Positions 38,025 through 48,366 are shown, counted from the stretch's first letter. The stretch is DNA of 64,000 nucleotides from Oscillospiraceae bacterium (GCA_009777725.1 WRLG01000011.1:6807-70806); one strand, 5' to 3'. Program-made: numbers and translations. Notes: generated by a model from the letters alone, not told the origin.

Positions 38025-40709
38025 TTACCTATATTTATTCCGCAATCTATCAAGCTCCTGCCCGGCAGAATTAAAATCATAATCTTCAAGCAACCCAGCC
38101 AGTTCCTCAGCACCCGGCACAGCGCGCACCTCGTCAAGCAGGCTTATACATTCGGGGCTTATATTTTCAATCATAAGGGCAAGCCTTTCAAAAAGCTCCG
38201 ATATTTGCTCGGATTTAAGCGGAGATGCCGCCGTGGCTTCAAGCTCGTCCGCAAACGGCTTCAGTTCCTCCAAAACAGAATTTAATTCCGCTTCAAGAGC
38301 ATCCATTTTATCAGCCGGAATTGGCAATTTCTTAATTTTAAGCAAGTCCTCCGTCTCGGCGGCTATGCTTTGCAGGCTTGTTTTACCGATTAACCCCGCA
38401 CTGCCCTTTAAAGTATGTACAATTCTGTGAGCCGATTCTATATCATCGGATTCCAAGGCTTCCTTAATTTCAACAAGCACGGCTTGGTTATTTTTAACAA
38501 AGCTCCGTCTCAGCTTATTTTGAAGCTCCTCATCGCCGCGCTCGTTTTCGCCCTCTTTCGAAGAACTTACGGGCGTTAGGTATTTCAGCAGGACACGCCA
38601 AAGTTCCTGAGAGGTAAAAGGCTTGCCGAGGCAGTCGGACATACCGTTTCGCCTGTATTTTTCCAATTCGCTTGCCATTATATTGGCAGTCGTTGCAATT
38701 ACAGGGGTTTTAACGCCAAGGGAATTTATCTCCTGCGCGGCGGCAACTCCGTCCATGACCGGCATAAATATATCCATTAAAATCAAATCAAAAGGCTCTT
38801 CCCCCGCCTGCAACCGCTCCTTTACAATATCCGCGCCGATTTTACCGTTCTCAGCCTCAATTGCCCTAAGTCCTACGCGTGAGAGATGCTCGCAGATTAC
38901 TTCCCTATTCATCGGGTTATCATCGCATATGAGAACCAAGCCGTTAAAGCGCGGCTTTTCAAGGGTGTTTAACAGGTTATTGTCGGGCTCATCGTACTGC
39001 TCATCAATGGTTTCAAACACGATTTCAAAACTAAACGTACTCCCGTTGCCCTGAGAGCTTTCAGCCTTCAACTTTCCGCCCATAAGCTCCACGATACTTT
39101 TGGTGATGGAAAGCCCCAGCCCTGTGCCGCCGTAGTTTCGCGTTGTGCTGGAATCGGCTTGGATAAACGGCTCGAAGATTTTATCAATCTGCTCCGGGCT
39201 CATGCCGATTCCTTGGTCCTTGACCTCAAAATATACGGTTGCTTTTCCGTTTTCGATGCTCCTTACAGCCGACGAAAGATGTATTGTTCCGAATTCCGTA
39301 AATTTTACCGCGTTTGAAAGAAGGTTCGTAAGAGCTTGATAAATCCTTACTTGGTCGCCGATTAGCCTTTTTCCGTTTAACGATTCCGCATAGAGCATTA
39401 ATTCAAGCTTCTTATCCCTAATGTCCGGCATAATCGCCGACTGGCAGCGTGAAAAAACGTCCTGTAATTTAAAGGCGGCATGTTCCAGCTCCATTTTGCC
39501 GGATTCTACCTTTGAAATATCCAGTATATCGTTAATAATGTTCAAAAGCCATCTTGTGCTATCCTTAATTTTACTTAAATATTCCTTGACCTGCGATAAG
39601 GCATCGTTATCCAAAGCAAGCTCGGCAAAGCCCATTATGCTGTTAATAGGCGTTCTGATTTCGTGGCTCATCACCGCCAGAAATTCGGACTTGGCGCGGT
39701 TCGCGCTTTCAGCCTCCGTCATTGACTTATGCAGGGGCTTTAAAAGCTTTGAGATAAAAATATTGAATATTATGAATATTACAAACATTATAAAAAGCAT
39801 CACAACAAAAAGCACGGTCAGCGAGGTTGCGTAATCCTCGGGGCTGTCGGGCATTACCGCTACGGAATACCACCCCAGAAGGGGGATTGTTCCCAAGGCG
39901 ATTCTTCCGAGCGGGGTGTCTAAAGTCTGCGTTTCACCTGCATTTATGCTTTTTGCTAACTTAACAATACCTCTGCCTGCGCCCAGTTGCTCCTCTATAT
40001 TTACCTTCCCCGCTACAAGGGAAATATCGCGCGCGCCGGTAATTTCGCCCGCCGCGTTGAAAAAGAATACATCCAGTCTGCCGTCGTAATCCTTATTGAC
40101 CATGCTAAGGTAGGTTGAAATATCTATCCCCGTTCCAACCATACCGACAGGCTCGCGCTCGCTCCCGAAAACGGGGGCGTTAATCCATAGATTCGTCACG
40201 CTCAAATCGGGGTTATAATTAATATTAAAATTATATGTTTCCGTATCATAAAGCGTCATTTCATACCAATAATTATCGGGGCTTTTCGTATTAAGCTTAT
40301 ACGGCTCTCTATCCGTGTAATAGAACATCTTATCCGTATCGTTTATCCAAAAGGCGATGTTGGAGGCGAAGGCATTGCTGTAAGCATCAAGCTCCGATAC
40401 GGCAATGCTCCCCAGTTCGCTGTCATGAGGTGAGGCAAAGTACCGCGATATTAGCGGAGAATCCGCCATTTTAAGCGCGATTACAATCTCATTGTTAACA
40501 GAGGTTTCCAGCTTAATCCGTTCCATCTCCAATAGCTGAGATAATGTATTCCCCTTATTCGTCCTGATAATCTGCCTCATGGATAATACAAAGGCAGTAA
40601 TTCCCAGTGCAAGAATAATCAGAAAAAATACAGCAGAAAAGGTTATAAACCTGCTCATCAAGGGAAGCTTATTACCTTGCATGGAACGAGGTTTAAGCTT
40701 AATATCCAT
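38025..40709 (-). CDS. hybrid sensor histidine kinase (extracytoplasmic Cache-like sensor, HisKA, HATPase, REC, Hpt)
   Basis: ~250-aa periplasmic segment between two TM helices; H-box SHEIRTP; GGTGLGLSI; REC DLILMDIFMPVMDG; Hpt HTLKGSAG. ATG at 40709 with AGGGGGG RBS. Confidence 0.85.
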   Translation of the reverse strand: MDIKLKPRSMQGNKLPLMSRFITFSAVFFLIILALGITAFVLSMRQIIRTNKGNTLSQLLEMERIKLETSVNNEIVIALKMADSPLISRYFASPHDSELGSIAVSELDAYSNAFASNIAFWINDTDKMFYYTDREPYKLNTKSPDNYWYEMTLYDTETYNFNINYNPDLSVTNLWINAPVFGSEREPVGMVGTGIDISTYLSMVNKDYDGRLDVFFFNAAGEITGARDISLVAGKVNIEEQLGAGRGIVKLAKSINAGETQTLDTPLGRIALGTIPLLGWYSVAVMPDSPEDYATSLTVLFVVMLFIMFVIFIIFNIFISKLLKPLHKSMTEAESANRAKSEFLAVMSHEIRTPINSIMGFAELALDNDALSQVKEYLSKIKDSTRWLLNIINDILDISKVESGKMELEHAAFKLQDVFSRCQSAIMPDIRDKKLELMLYAESLNGKRLIGDQVRIYQALTNLLSNAVKFTEFGTIHLSSAVRSIENGKATVYFEVKDQGIGMSPEQIDKIFEPFIQADSSTTRNYGGTGLGLSITKSIVELMGGKLKAESSQGNGSTFSFEIVFETIDEQYDEPDNNLLNTLEKPRFNGLVLICDDNPMNREVICEHLSRVGLRAIEAENGKIGADIVKERLQAGEEPFDLILMDIFMPVMDGVAAAQEINSLGVKTPVIATTANIMASELEKYRRNGMSDCLGKPFTSQELWRVLLKYLTPVSSSKEGENERGDEELQNKLRRSFVKNNQAVLVEIKEALESDDIESAHRIVHTLKGSAGLIGKTSLQSIAAETEDLLKIKKLPIPADKMDALEAELNSVLEELKPFADELEATAASPLKSEQISELFERLALMIENISPECISLLDEVRAVPGAEELAGLLEDYDFNSAGQELDRLRNKYR

Positions 40710-40730
40710 AAATATAACCCCCCTTTTTTT

Positions 40731-40780
40731 CAATTAACAATTAATAATTAACAATTAACAATTGTCAATTATCAATTGTT
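40731..40780. repeat. intergenic heptamer repeat overlapping the 3' end of the upstream kinase gene
   Basis: CAATTAACAATTAATAATTAACAATTAACAATTGTCAATTATCAATTG. The last codons QLIIDNC* of the 40755.. ORF are encoded by it. Confidence 0.6.
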
Positions 40781-43700
40781 TTTTAAGTTCTTTAAGAGCG
40801 GAGGCGGCTAATTTAAAGTTGTAATTTTCTATGTGTCCGGCAAGCTCTTCGGATTTGGGTATGGCGCGAATTTCATCAAGAAAGCCTGCACAGCCGGGGT
40901 TTAGGTTTGCAAGCATAGGCTCAAGCTTTTCAAGCAATGCAAGTGCCTGCTCCCCGTCTAAGGTAAGTACCTGCTCCGCCGACTCCTCCAGTAGCGGCTT
41001 TAGCTCCTCAATCGCAGTATTAAGCTCGGCTTCAAGCTGATTGAGCTTATCTTTCAGCACTGAATCCTTCTCATTTCTAAGCAGGATTTCAACCTCCTCG
41101 GCGGCATTTTTAAGCTCCGTTTTGCCTATCATCCCCGCACTGCCCTTTAAGGTATGGGCAAGCCTGTGGGCGCGCTTTATATCTCCGGCGGCAATCGCCT
41201 CGGTGATTTCGGTATGTACGGTCTGATTATTCTTAACGAAATTGATTTTCAGCTTTTTGAGCAATTCGCCGTCTCCGATATACTCATATATCGGGTCACT
41301 GCTTACGGGGGTAAGATATTTCAGCAGGACACGCCAAAGCTCCCGCGAGGTAAAGGGTTTTCCCAAGCAGTCTAACATTCCGTGCTTTTTGTATTTTTCC
41401 AATTCACTGACCATTACGTTAGCGGTCATCGCGACAATGGGAGAGCCGGAATTAAGCTCCGCTATTTTAACGGCGGCTTCAAGCCCGTCCATAACCGGCA
41501 TAAACATATCCATGAAAATCAAATCAAAGGGCTCTTCTCCGCTTTCCATGCGCTCACGAACGATGTCAACCCCTATCTTCCCATTCTCCGCCGTAACCGC
41601 GTCCAGCCCCACGCGCGCCAAATGCTCGCAGATTACCTCGCGGTTCATTTGGTTATCATCGCAAATCAAGGTTATTCCCTCAAAGTTAGGCTTTTCAAGC
41701 GTGTCAAAGATTGCGTCCTCAACCGCACTGTCCTGCGCGTCTATCGTGCCGAATAAAATTTCAAAGCTGAATGTACTGCCCTCGCCCGGCGCGCTATCCA
41801 CCTTAAAAGCCCCATCCATAAGCTCCACTATATTTTTTACAATGGCAAGCCCCAGCCCCGTGCCTCCGTAGTTACGGGTCGTGCTTGAATCAGCCTGCGT
41901 AAACGGGTCAAAAATTTTGCTGACCTGCTCGGAGCTCATACCAATCCCGGAATCCTTAACCTCAAAATAAACAAGCGCGGTGCTTTCATCCTGCCGCTTA
42001 ACCGTTGATGAAAAAGAAATTGTCCCCGAATCGGTAAACTTAACCGCGTTAGATAAAAGATTTACAAGAACCTGATAAAGCCTTACCGGGTCGCCCAACA
42101 GCTTTTTGTCCTTCAATGCCTCGGCGTAAATTTTAAGTTCAAGCCCCTTATCCTTTGAAGCCGGAAGAATCACCGATTGACAGCGCGAGAAAACGCTGTG
42201 CAAATCAAAGGGTATATTCTCCAGTTCCATTTTGCCGGATTCTATCTTTGAAATATCCAAAATATCGTTGACAATCCGCAACAGCCACTTTGTACTGTCG
42301 GTAATTTTCTTCAAATAATCCTTGACCTGCGGGCTTATCGCGCTATCCATCGCAAGCTCCGCAAAGCCCATGATGCTGTTCATAGGCGTGCGTATTTCAT
42401 GGCTCATTACGGCTAGGAATTCGGATTTTGCGCGGCTGGCAAACTCAGCGATTTCCAGTTGTTTCCTATCGGTTACATCGCACATGTAGCCCTCTGTCAA
42501 ATCCGGCTCGCCGTCCACCCCCTCAACAACTACGCCGCGCTCCCATATCCATTTAATTGAGCCATCGGGAAGCACCAGCCGATAATTTTGCTCATAGGGG
42601 ACACCCTTGGCAGCGGCTTCATCCGCCCGCCTTTCGATTTCATCCAAATCATCGGGATGAACCATTGCCATAAATTTGTTCTTTCCGCCGATAAGCTCCT
42701 CGGGCGCATAGCCTACAAGCCCCTTACTCCCCTCGCTGACATAGCGAATCGTGTATTCCGGAAAATTATTGCAGGTTTGGAAAACCATTCCGGGTAAATT
42801 CCCCATAATGGTTTCCATCCTTGATTCCATCAGCCTTTGCTTGATTTCGGCTTCCTCTAATTTTCTCCGCTCGGTAATGTCGGCATGATAACCCTCGATA
42901 AGTCTGGGCGTTCCGTCCGGGTTTTTCTCAATCACGCGGCTTCGTTCCCAAATCCATTTTTCCTCTCCGTCCCTCGTTGTAATCCTGTAAGCTGTTTCAA
43001 AGGGCAAGCCCTTTAGAAGCGTTTTATCAATCAGTTTTTCTATATGGTCGCTGTCGTCCGGGTGCATCATGCTCAACATTTTAATAGCACTTTGACCAAT
43101 CAGCTCCTCCTTAGAGTATCCCGTAAGCTCCTTACAGCCATCGCTGACAAAGGTGTATGTATAATCGGGGCGGTTATGCAGGTGCTGAAAAACCATTCCG
43201 GGCAGGTTCTTTAAAATAGCCTCTACCCTTTCATTTGAACGGACTGCCGCTTCCTCGGCTTTTTTCCTTTCGGTTACATCAAGCGTTATACACAAAAGCC
43301 CCGCTGTTTTACCGTCCTGTATCAACGGCGTTTTGATGATACAATATGCCCGCTTCGTTTTATCGGGGTGTTCGAGCCATTCCTCCTTAATTATGGTTTC
43401 GTTACCTTTCATTACCTTTTCGTTATCACTTATGAAGCTATCTATCATGCCCTCCGCGCGCATCTCGGTTTTATAATAGCTTCTGCCTATTACATCCGTT
43501 CTGTCAGCCTGCAAGGTTTCTAAAAACTTACTGTTACAGCTTGTATATACATCGTTAAGGTCTTTTGTAAACAGCACAGCCGGAATCGAATTATATATAG
43601 CGTCCAGCATAGCCGCCTGCTTTGCTATGACGTTTTTTTCGCGGGCGTTTATAACGCGGAATATGACCAGCATGATAATAACAACCAAAAACAAAACGAC

Positions 43701-43823
43701 TGCGCCCGTTAACAAAGGGTTAGCCCCCGCGCGTTCAACGCCAACCTCCGAGCACCCCGAAAATATACACGGCAGTAACGCCGCAAAAATGAATGAGCAT
43801 ATCATTTTACTTGTCTTTTTCAT
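40755..43823 (-). CDS. hybrid sensor histidine kinase (2 TM, 3x PAS, HisKA, HATPase, REC, Hpt)
   Basis: Three PAS-like repeats (LPGMVFQ...ELIG), SHEIRTP, GGTGLGLAI, DLIFMDMFMPVMDG, HTLKGSAG. The start is probably the ATG at 43823. Confidence 0.85.
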   Translation of the reverse strand: MKKTSKMICSFIFAALLPCIFSGCSEVGVERAGANPLLTGAVVLFLVVIIMLVIFRVINAREKNVIAKQAAMLDAIYNSIPAVLFTKDLNDVYTSCNSKFLETLQADRTDVIGRSYYKTEMRAEGMIDSFISDNEKVMKGNETIIKEEWLEHPDKTKRAYCIIKTPLIQDGKTAGLLCITLDVTERKKAEEAAVRSNERVEAILKNLPGMVFQHLHNRPDYTYTFVSDGCKELTGYSKEELIGQSAIKMLSMMHPDDSDHIEKLIDKTLLKGLPFETAYRITTRDGEEKWIWERSRVIEKNPDGTPRLIEGYHADITERRKLEEAEIKQRLMESRMETIMGNLPGMVFQTCNNFPEYTIRYVSEGSKGLVGYAPEELIGGKNKFMAMVHPDDLDEIERRADEAAAKGVPYEQNYRLVLPDGSIKWIWERGVVVEGVDGEPDLTEGYMCDVTDRKQLEIAEFASRAKSEFLAVMSHEIRTPMNSIMGFAELAMDSAISPQVKDYLKKITDSTKWLLRIVNDILDISKIESGKMELENIPFDLHSVFSRCQSVILPASKDKGLELKIYAEALKDKKLLGDPVRLYQVLVNLLSNAVKFTDSGTISFSSTVKRQDESTALVYFEVKDSGIGMSSEQVSKIFDPFTQADSSTTRNYGGTGLGLAIVKNIVELMDGAFKVDSAPGEGSTFSFEILFGTIDAQDSAVEDAIFDTLEKPNFEGITLICDDNQMNREVICEHLARVGLDAVTAENGKIGVDIVRERMESGEEPFDLIFMDMFMPVMDGLEAAVKIAELNSGSPIVAMTANVMVSELEKYKKHGMLDCLGKPFTSRELWRVLLKYLTPVSSDPIYEYIGDGELLKKLKINFVKNNQTVHTEITEAIAAGDIKRAHRLAHTLKGSAGMIGKTELKNAAEEVEILLRNEKDSVLKDKLNQLEAELNTAIEELKPLLEESAEQVLTLDGEQALALLEKLEPMLANLNPGCAGFLDEIRAIPKSEELAGHIENYNFKLAASALKELKKQLIIDNC

Positions 43824-43959
43824 TCGTTTAATACCCCTTACTATAACTCTCATCACATACTTACCTCTAAACCTTATACAATATAAGTATACAATATTTT
43901 AAAAAATATTGCAAGTGCATAAACACAAAAAAACTAATTTGTAATATTTTAAAAAGCTA

Positions 43960-43988
43960 TAGACAAATAAAAAAAAATATGGTATAAT
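43960..43988 (+). promoter_or_regulatory. sigma-A-type promoter candidate
   Basis: TAGACA (43960-43965), 17-nt spacer, TATAAT (43983-43988). Confidence 0.4.
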
Positions 43989-44011
43989 ATCAATGAACTA
44001 CTTAGAAAGGA

Positions 44012-44269
44012 ATGATAAATGTGAGATTACTAGGCGCGGCTTTTTTAATGTTTATTTCGGCAGCTGCGGGCGCGGCAGCGGCAGTTTACGCCATAAGGAA
44101 GCAAGAGGAGCTGGAGCAGTATGATTATGACTTCGATGAGGATGATATTTTCTTCGACGAAGACCTCGATGAAATCTGCACCTGCGGCTGTATGGATGAA
44201 AAGCCCTCGGAAAGCGAAGCCGCTTCCCCTAATAAGCCTCCCGTAGAGGAAGCTTCATTTGAGGAATAA
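44012..44269 (+). CDS. small membrane-anchored acidic protein
   Basis: One TM helix followed by an Asp/Glu-rich tail with CTCGC. Confidence 0.45.
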   Translation: MINVRLLGAAFLMFISAAAGAAAAVYAIRKQEELEQYDYDFDEDDIFFDEDLDEICTCGCMDEKPSESEAASPNKPPVEEASFEE

Positions 44270-44286
44270 AATCGTGTAACCATAAA

Positions 44287-44320
44287 AAAACAGCAGGCTG
44301 TTTTAGCAAGCTGTTTTTTT
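44287..44320. terminator. bidirectional terminator hairpin
   Basis: AAACAGC...GCTGTTTTTTTT between convergent genes. Confidence 0.55.
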
Positions 44321-44354
44321 TATTATATACTATTTTATTCCTCATTGACGAAGA

Positions 44355-44567
44355 TTAATCTTCGTCAAAATTCCCCGGAATATGTAGCTGCTTAACGGGA
44401 ATTCTCTTTAGAGGCGAATAGACATACTTAGGGCAAGAAAAATCGCCGCTTACAAGACCGCGCTTTTCGCACAGCACCTTATTACCGTCCTTTGCCCTTA
44501 CACCGAAATGACAATATTCGCACTGGGGGGGAATGTCGTTCCCAAAAAACTTTTTCTTTGGTGGCAT
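44355..44567 (-). CDS. small Cys-containing (zinc-ribbon-like) protein
   Basis: CEYC...C...C pattern. The start overlaps the upstream stop (TAATG), implying translational coupling to the ylbJ-like gene. Confidence 0.5.
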   Translation of the reverse strand: MPPKKKFFGNDIPPQCEYCHFGVRAKDGNKVLCEKRGLVSGDFSCPKYVYSPLKRIPVKQLHIPGNFDED

Positions 44568-45643
44568 TATTCACGACCATCCTTTCTATTTGATAACAGC
44601 ATGACTGTCATTATCAATAAAAATACAGCAGGCAACGGCGATACATAACGGCTTCCCGCCGAGACGCCGGATGCAGTATTAAGCGTCTGAACCGCTTCTT
44701 GCTTCAATACTATGTTCATTACTATTTTACTACATAAGTATGAACTCAATATTGACGCAAAACGGCTAAAATAAAAATTTTTCATAGACAAGGATTTATG
44801 CAAAAAGCTCTTTATCTGGGTAATCACACAAATTCCCCCAAAAGAAAGCAAAGAGGCGGCAATCGGCAAAAGCTTCAGATTACCCGCCGTCAATTCCTTT
44901 ATATTGCTTATCTCTATCATTGACTTAGCAATCGCTCGGCTGTCCGCCGATAAAAAGGAAAATACCCCCAACCCCTCCAAGATTGCCGTAACGGAGGAAA
45001 AAAATACTATCATCGCGCATATCGCAAACACGCTCCGAGCACCTAATATTACAGACGATGTAAAAACGGAGAACATATCCTCTGAGCCGATTTCCTCCTT
45101 TAAAGCGGCATTATCCAATTTTCTTTTATGCGGTACTTTTCTGCCCAGCCCCAAAGCAAACCCTATTATAATATTGGAGAGGAATATGCTGAAAAAAATA
45201 ATAAGCCCATAAATAATCCCGCCGAATAAATTCGCCCCCGCAACGCCGCATATAAACGCGGGACCGCCCAAATAGCAATAGCAGAGCATATCCTCGGCTG
45301 TTTTTTTATCAATGCTCTTTTTACGGTAAAGCTTATCGAGCAGCTTCGCTCCTATAGGATAGCCCGCTACCGAGCTAAGTAAAAATACAGGGAAAAGCTC
45401 CGGCTCAATTCGGAAAACATACCGCGAAAAGCCCGCAAATGGTCGGCGCAGAGCTTTATAAAGCCCCGATGAAATCAAAAATTCGCACAGCACCATAAAC
45501 GCAAACAACGCCGGAATCACCGTTGTAAGGCATAGGGCTACCGCGTTTCTTACGCTATCCCCCACTATTTCGGTAAACATTATCAGCAATACGGAGTATG
45601 TAACGGCTGCGATGGTAATTATTGCGGCTTTTGTGCTTTTCAT
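44567..45643 (-). CDS. ylbJ: sporulation integral membrane protein YlbJ-like (nucleoside-recognition/Gate domains)
   Basis: 358-aa polytopic protein in a sporulation-gene neighbourhood. The family call is from overall layout only. Confidence 0.5.
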   Translation of the reverse strand: MKSTKAAIITIAAVTYSVLLIMFTEIVGDSVRNAVALCLTTVIPALFAFMVLCEFLISSGLYKALRRPFAGFSRYVFRIEPELFPVFLLSSVAGYPIGAKLLDKLYRKKSIDKKTAEDMLCYCYLGGPAFICGVAGANLFGGIIYGLIIFFSIFLSNIIIGFALGLGRKVPHKRKLDNAALKEEIGSEDMFSVFTSSVILGARSVFAICAMIVFFSSVTAILEGLGVFSFLSADSRAIAKSMIEISNIKELTAGNLKLLPIAASLLSFGGICVITQIKSFLHKSLSMKNFYFSRFASILSSYLCSKIVMNIVLKQEAVQTLNTASGVSAGSRYVSPLPAVFLLIMTVMLLSNRKDGRE

Positions 45644-45747
45644 ATAATCCGATTCCCCTCAATAAATCTCTGCAATAATAAGTATATGTCTGTCCGATTA
45701 TTAATATAATTATTTTAAAGATAAAACAGACGAAACGGAGAAGGCTT

Positions 45748-46023
45748 ATGTATAAAGAAACGCGGGGCGATTATCGGCGCGTGTTATCAAAATTTATAAA
45801 AAAAAAGCTATACCTGAACACCCACATGAATCTGACCGACAATACATTTCTTGAAATAGAAAATGTAAAGCGGATAACGGATTATAACGATGTCTGCATA
45901 CAGCTTCAGACCTCTACGCTCAGCTTAAGAATCTGGGGCAGTAATTTACAAATTTCCGATTATAATACAGATGGAATTGTTGTCAGAGGAGCATTTTCAT
46001 CGATTGAGTTTTTTCCCATTTGA
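45748..46023 (+). CDS. yqfC: sporulation protein YqfC (YabP family)
   Basis: YabP-like beta pattern FLEIENVKRITDYNDVCIQLQT...LRIWGSNLQISDYN...IVVRGAFSSIEF. Immediately precedes yqfD. Confidence 0.7.
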   Translation: MYKETRGDYRRVLSKFIKKKLYLNTHMNLTDNTFLEIENVKRITDYNDVCIQLQTSTLSLRIWGSNLQISDYNTDGIVVRGAFSSIEFFPI

Positions 46024-46052
46024 AACTGTAAATTATCTAAAGGAGAGCAAAT

Positions 46053-47225
46053 ATGTTTGATAATTTAAGGGGCGTTATTACGTTCAGCATTTTTACGGCT
46101 GAGCCCGATAAGCTTATTAACGAACTTAAAGAGAGCTCATTAGCGGTTCGTAATATGACTGTTAACAAAAGCGAGGTCAGAGGGCAGATTTATCGTAACG
46201 GCTTTGAGGAACTAAAGGAAATAGCGCGGTTAAACGGCGGGCAGGCGGTTGCCTTGAATAAAAAGGGGCTGATTTTTACCGTAAAAAGATATGAGCGGCG
46301 ATACGGCATCGCGGCAGGAGCGGCTCTTTCCTTGGGGCTGATTTTTTTCCTTTCCAATATCGTTTTGACTATTGAGGTTTACGGAAACGACACCCTTTCC
46401 GAAAATCAGATTATATCTCTTCTGTCCGATTACAATTTAAAGATAGGGAGCTTTATCCCGGGCTTAAATATGCGTGAAATAGAGCGCGAGGTTTTGGTTG
46501 CGACGGATGAGCTTGCATGGGTCGGAATCCGCAATACGGGGTGTAGGGTTAGCGTTGAGGTCAGCGAAATCGGTGATTACCCCGAGATGTCGCAGTCACA
46601 TTCCCCGCGCAATATAATCTCCGCAAGGGACGCGCAAATCGTAGATGTTCGCAACCTGCACGCGGGAATGTTGACCCATATGCTGGGGGACGGCGTAAAA
46701 AAAGGCGAGGTTATTATAAGCGGGGTTATTGAAACCACCTACGGCGAATCATATTTTGTACATGCTACGGGCGATGTAATCGGCAGGTATTCCGAAAAAA
46801 CAGTGTTCACTCAAAGCTATGAGGATGAAAGCATAGCGTATCTTGAAAAAGCTTACAGGAAATCCTTTTATTTTTTCGGCGCGAAAATCCCGCTTTACGT
46901 GTTCCGCGTTCAAGGTGATTACGAATATGATGAAAGCCTCTCTCTTTTCAGTGTTTTTAACTTGAAAATACCTGCGGGTATTGTTTATTCGGAATATAAG
47001 CTCTACGAAATAGAGTCAAAAAAATACACCCCCGATGAGGCAAGGGAGCTTTTAGCCGAAAAAGTACGTACTTACGAAAAAAATTTTCTCGATGGGGAGG
47101 ATTTGTTAATCGTTGATAAAGAAATACATATCTCTGAAAATCAAAGCGATGTCACCGCTGTTGTAAAATATACGCTGGAGGGGAATATCAGCGTTCCGCA
47201 GGGGATAATGGCGAAGAGGTATTGA
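46053..47225 (+). CDS. yqfD: sporulation protein YqfD
   Basis: 390 aa, with a central TM helix followed by TIEVYGN...; gene order is yqfC-yqfD. Confidence 0.8.
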   Translation: MFDNLRGVITFSIFTAEPDKLINELKESSLAVRNMTVNKSEVRGQIYRNGFEELKEIARLNGGQAVALNKKGLIFTVKRYERRYGIAAGAALSLGLIFFLSNIVLTIEVYGNDTLSENQIISLLSDYNLKIGSFIPGLNMREIEREVLVATDELAWVGIRNTGCRVSVEVSEIGDYPEMSQSHSPRNIISARDAQIVDVRNLHAGMLTHMLGDGVKKGEVIISGVIETTYGESYFVHATGDVIGRYSEKTVFTQSYEDESIAYLEKAYRKSFYFFGAKIPLYVFRVQGDYEYDESLSLFSVFNLKIPAGIVYSEYKLYEIESKKYTPDEARELLAEKVRTYEKNFLDGEDLLIVDKEIHISENQSDVTAVVKYTLEGNISVPQGIMAKRY

Positions 47226-47292
47226 CAATATCGGTTAACAGTTAACGCGGTAGCCAAATTCATGACCTAATTATTACAATTCAGCACAATCA

Positions 47293-47321
47293 TTGACACC
47301 CCCGCCAAAATATGCTATAAT
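47293..47321 (+). promoter_or_regulatory. consensus sigma-A promoter
   Basis: TTGACA (47293-47298), 17-nt spacer, TATAAT (47316-47321). Confidence 0.5.
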
Positions 47322-47356
47322 AAACAAATACAAAACAAAACCAAGGAGCGTTAAAA

Positions 47357-48244
47357 ATGGTAACTGAAACATTCCTCATATCAGTAAAAAACGACATCGG
47401 ATTTAGGCTTTTCTTCGCTGACGAACGGAACATTGAGTTTTTACAAGGGTTGTTAAAATCAATTCTGAAACTGGACGAGGGCGAATATGAGGTCATCGAA
47501 ATCCTCGACCCGCACTTGCTCCGCGAATTTCACGGGGATAAACTAGGCATTGTCGATGTAAAGGTAAAAACTAAAACAGGGAAAATTATCCATATAGAAA
47601 TCCAACTCAGAGTCCGCCCCGGCATGGAGGAGCGTATTATTTATTATGATGCTAAGCTAATCACAGAGCAAATCGGAAGCAGTGATAAATATAAAGACCT
47701 AAAACGAGTAATCAGCATTATAATCACCGAAGAAACCCTAATAAAAGCAAGCCCGCTTTACCATCATCGTTTCACCTTTTTCGACCCGAACGCAAACATC
47801 GAGCTATCCGACCTAATCGAAATCCACACTCTGGAACTGAACAAACTGCCGGATAATTTTGACGGCACGGAATTATGCGACTGGGCGAAATTTATCGCCG
47901 CAGGGAGCGAGGAGGAATTGGAAATGGTAGCAAACAGGAATACGCAAATTAGTAAGGCTGTAGTCAAGCTCCGCGAACTGTCGGCAGACGAAAAAGCGCG
48001 TGATATGTATGAACGCCAAGAAAAAGCAAGGCGGGACCATGAGTGGGCTATGGATTATGCTCGGGAAGTGGGTATTGAGGAGGGTAGGCAGGAAGGTCGG
48101 CAGGAGGGTATCAGGGAGGGTATCAAAGAGGGTATCAAGGAGGGTACGCAAAAACGCGAGCAGGAGCTTATTGAAAGCATGAAATTATCCGGCATGTCGG
48201 AAGCCGAAATTGATAGAATCCTTAACTTTAAACGCAAACATTGA
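47357..48244 (+). CDS. Rpn-family / PD-(D/E)XK putative transposase-nuclease
   Basis: GIVDVKVKTKTGKIIHIEIQL core and a C-terminal EGRQEGRQEGIREGIKEGIKEG repeat. Confidence 0.7.
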   Translation: MVTETFLISVKNDIGFRLFFADERNIEFLQGLLKSILKLDEGEYEVIEILDPHLLREFHGDKLGIVDVKVKTKTGKIIHIEIQLRVRPGMEERIIYYDAKLITEQIGSSDKYKDLKRVISIIITEETLIKASPLYHHRFTFFDPNANIELSDLIEIHTLELNKLPDNFDGTELCDWAKFIAAGSEEELEMVANRNTQISKAVVKLRELSADEKARDMYERQEKARRDHEWAMDYAREVGIEEGRQEGRQEGIREGIKEGIKEGTQKREQELIESMKLSGMSEAEIDRILNFKRKH

Positions 48245-48366
48245 ACTAACCGACTTAATTGTAATTCATAATTTAACCGCTCATGTCATGCGGTTGTCTC
48301 CCTTTTGTGCAAACTACACAACCCCATATATATATAATGCCGATTTTATGTTATGATTAAAATAGA

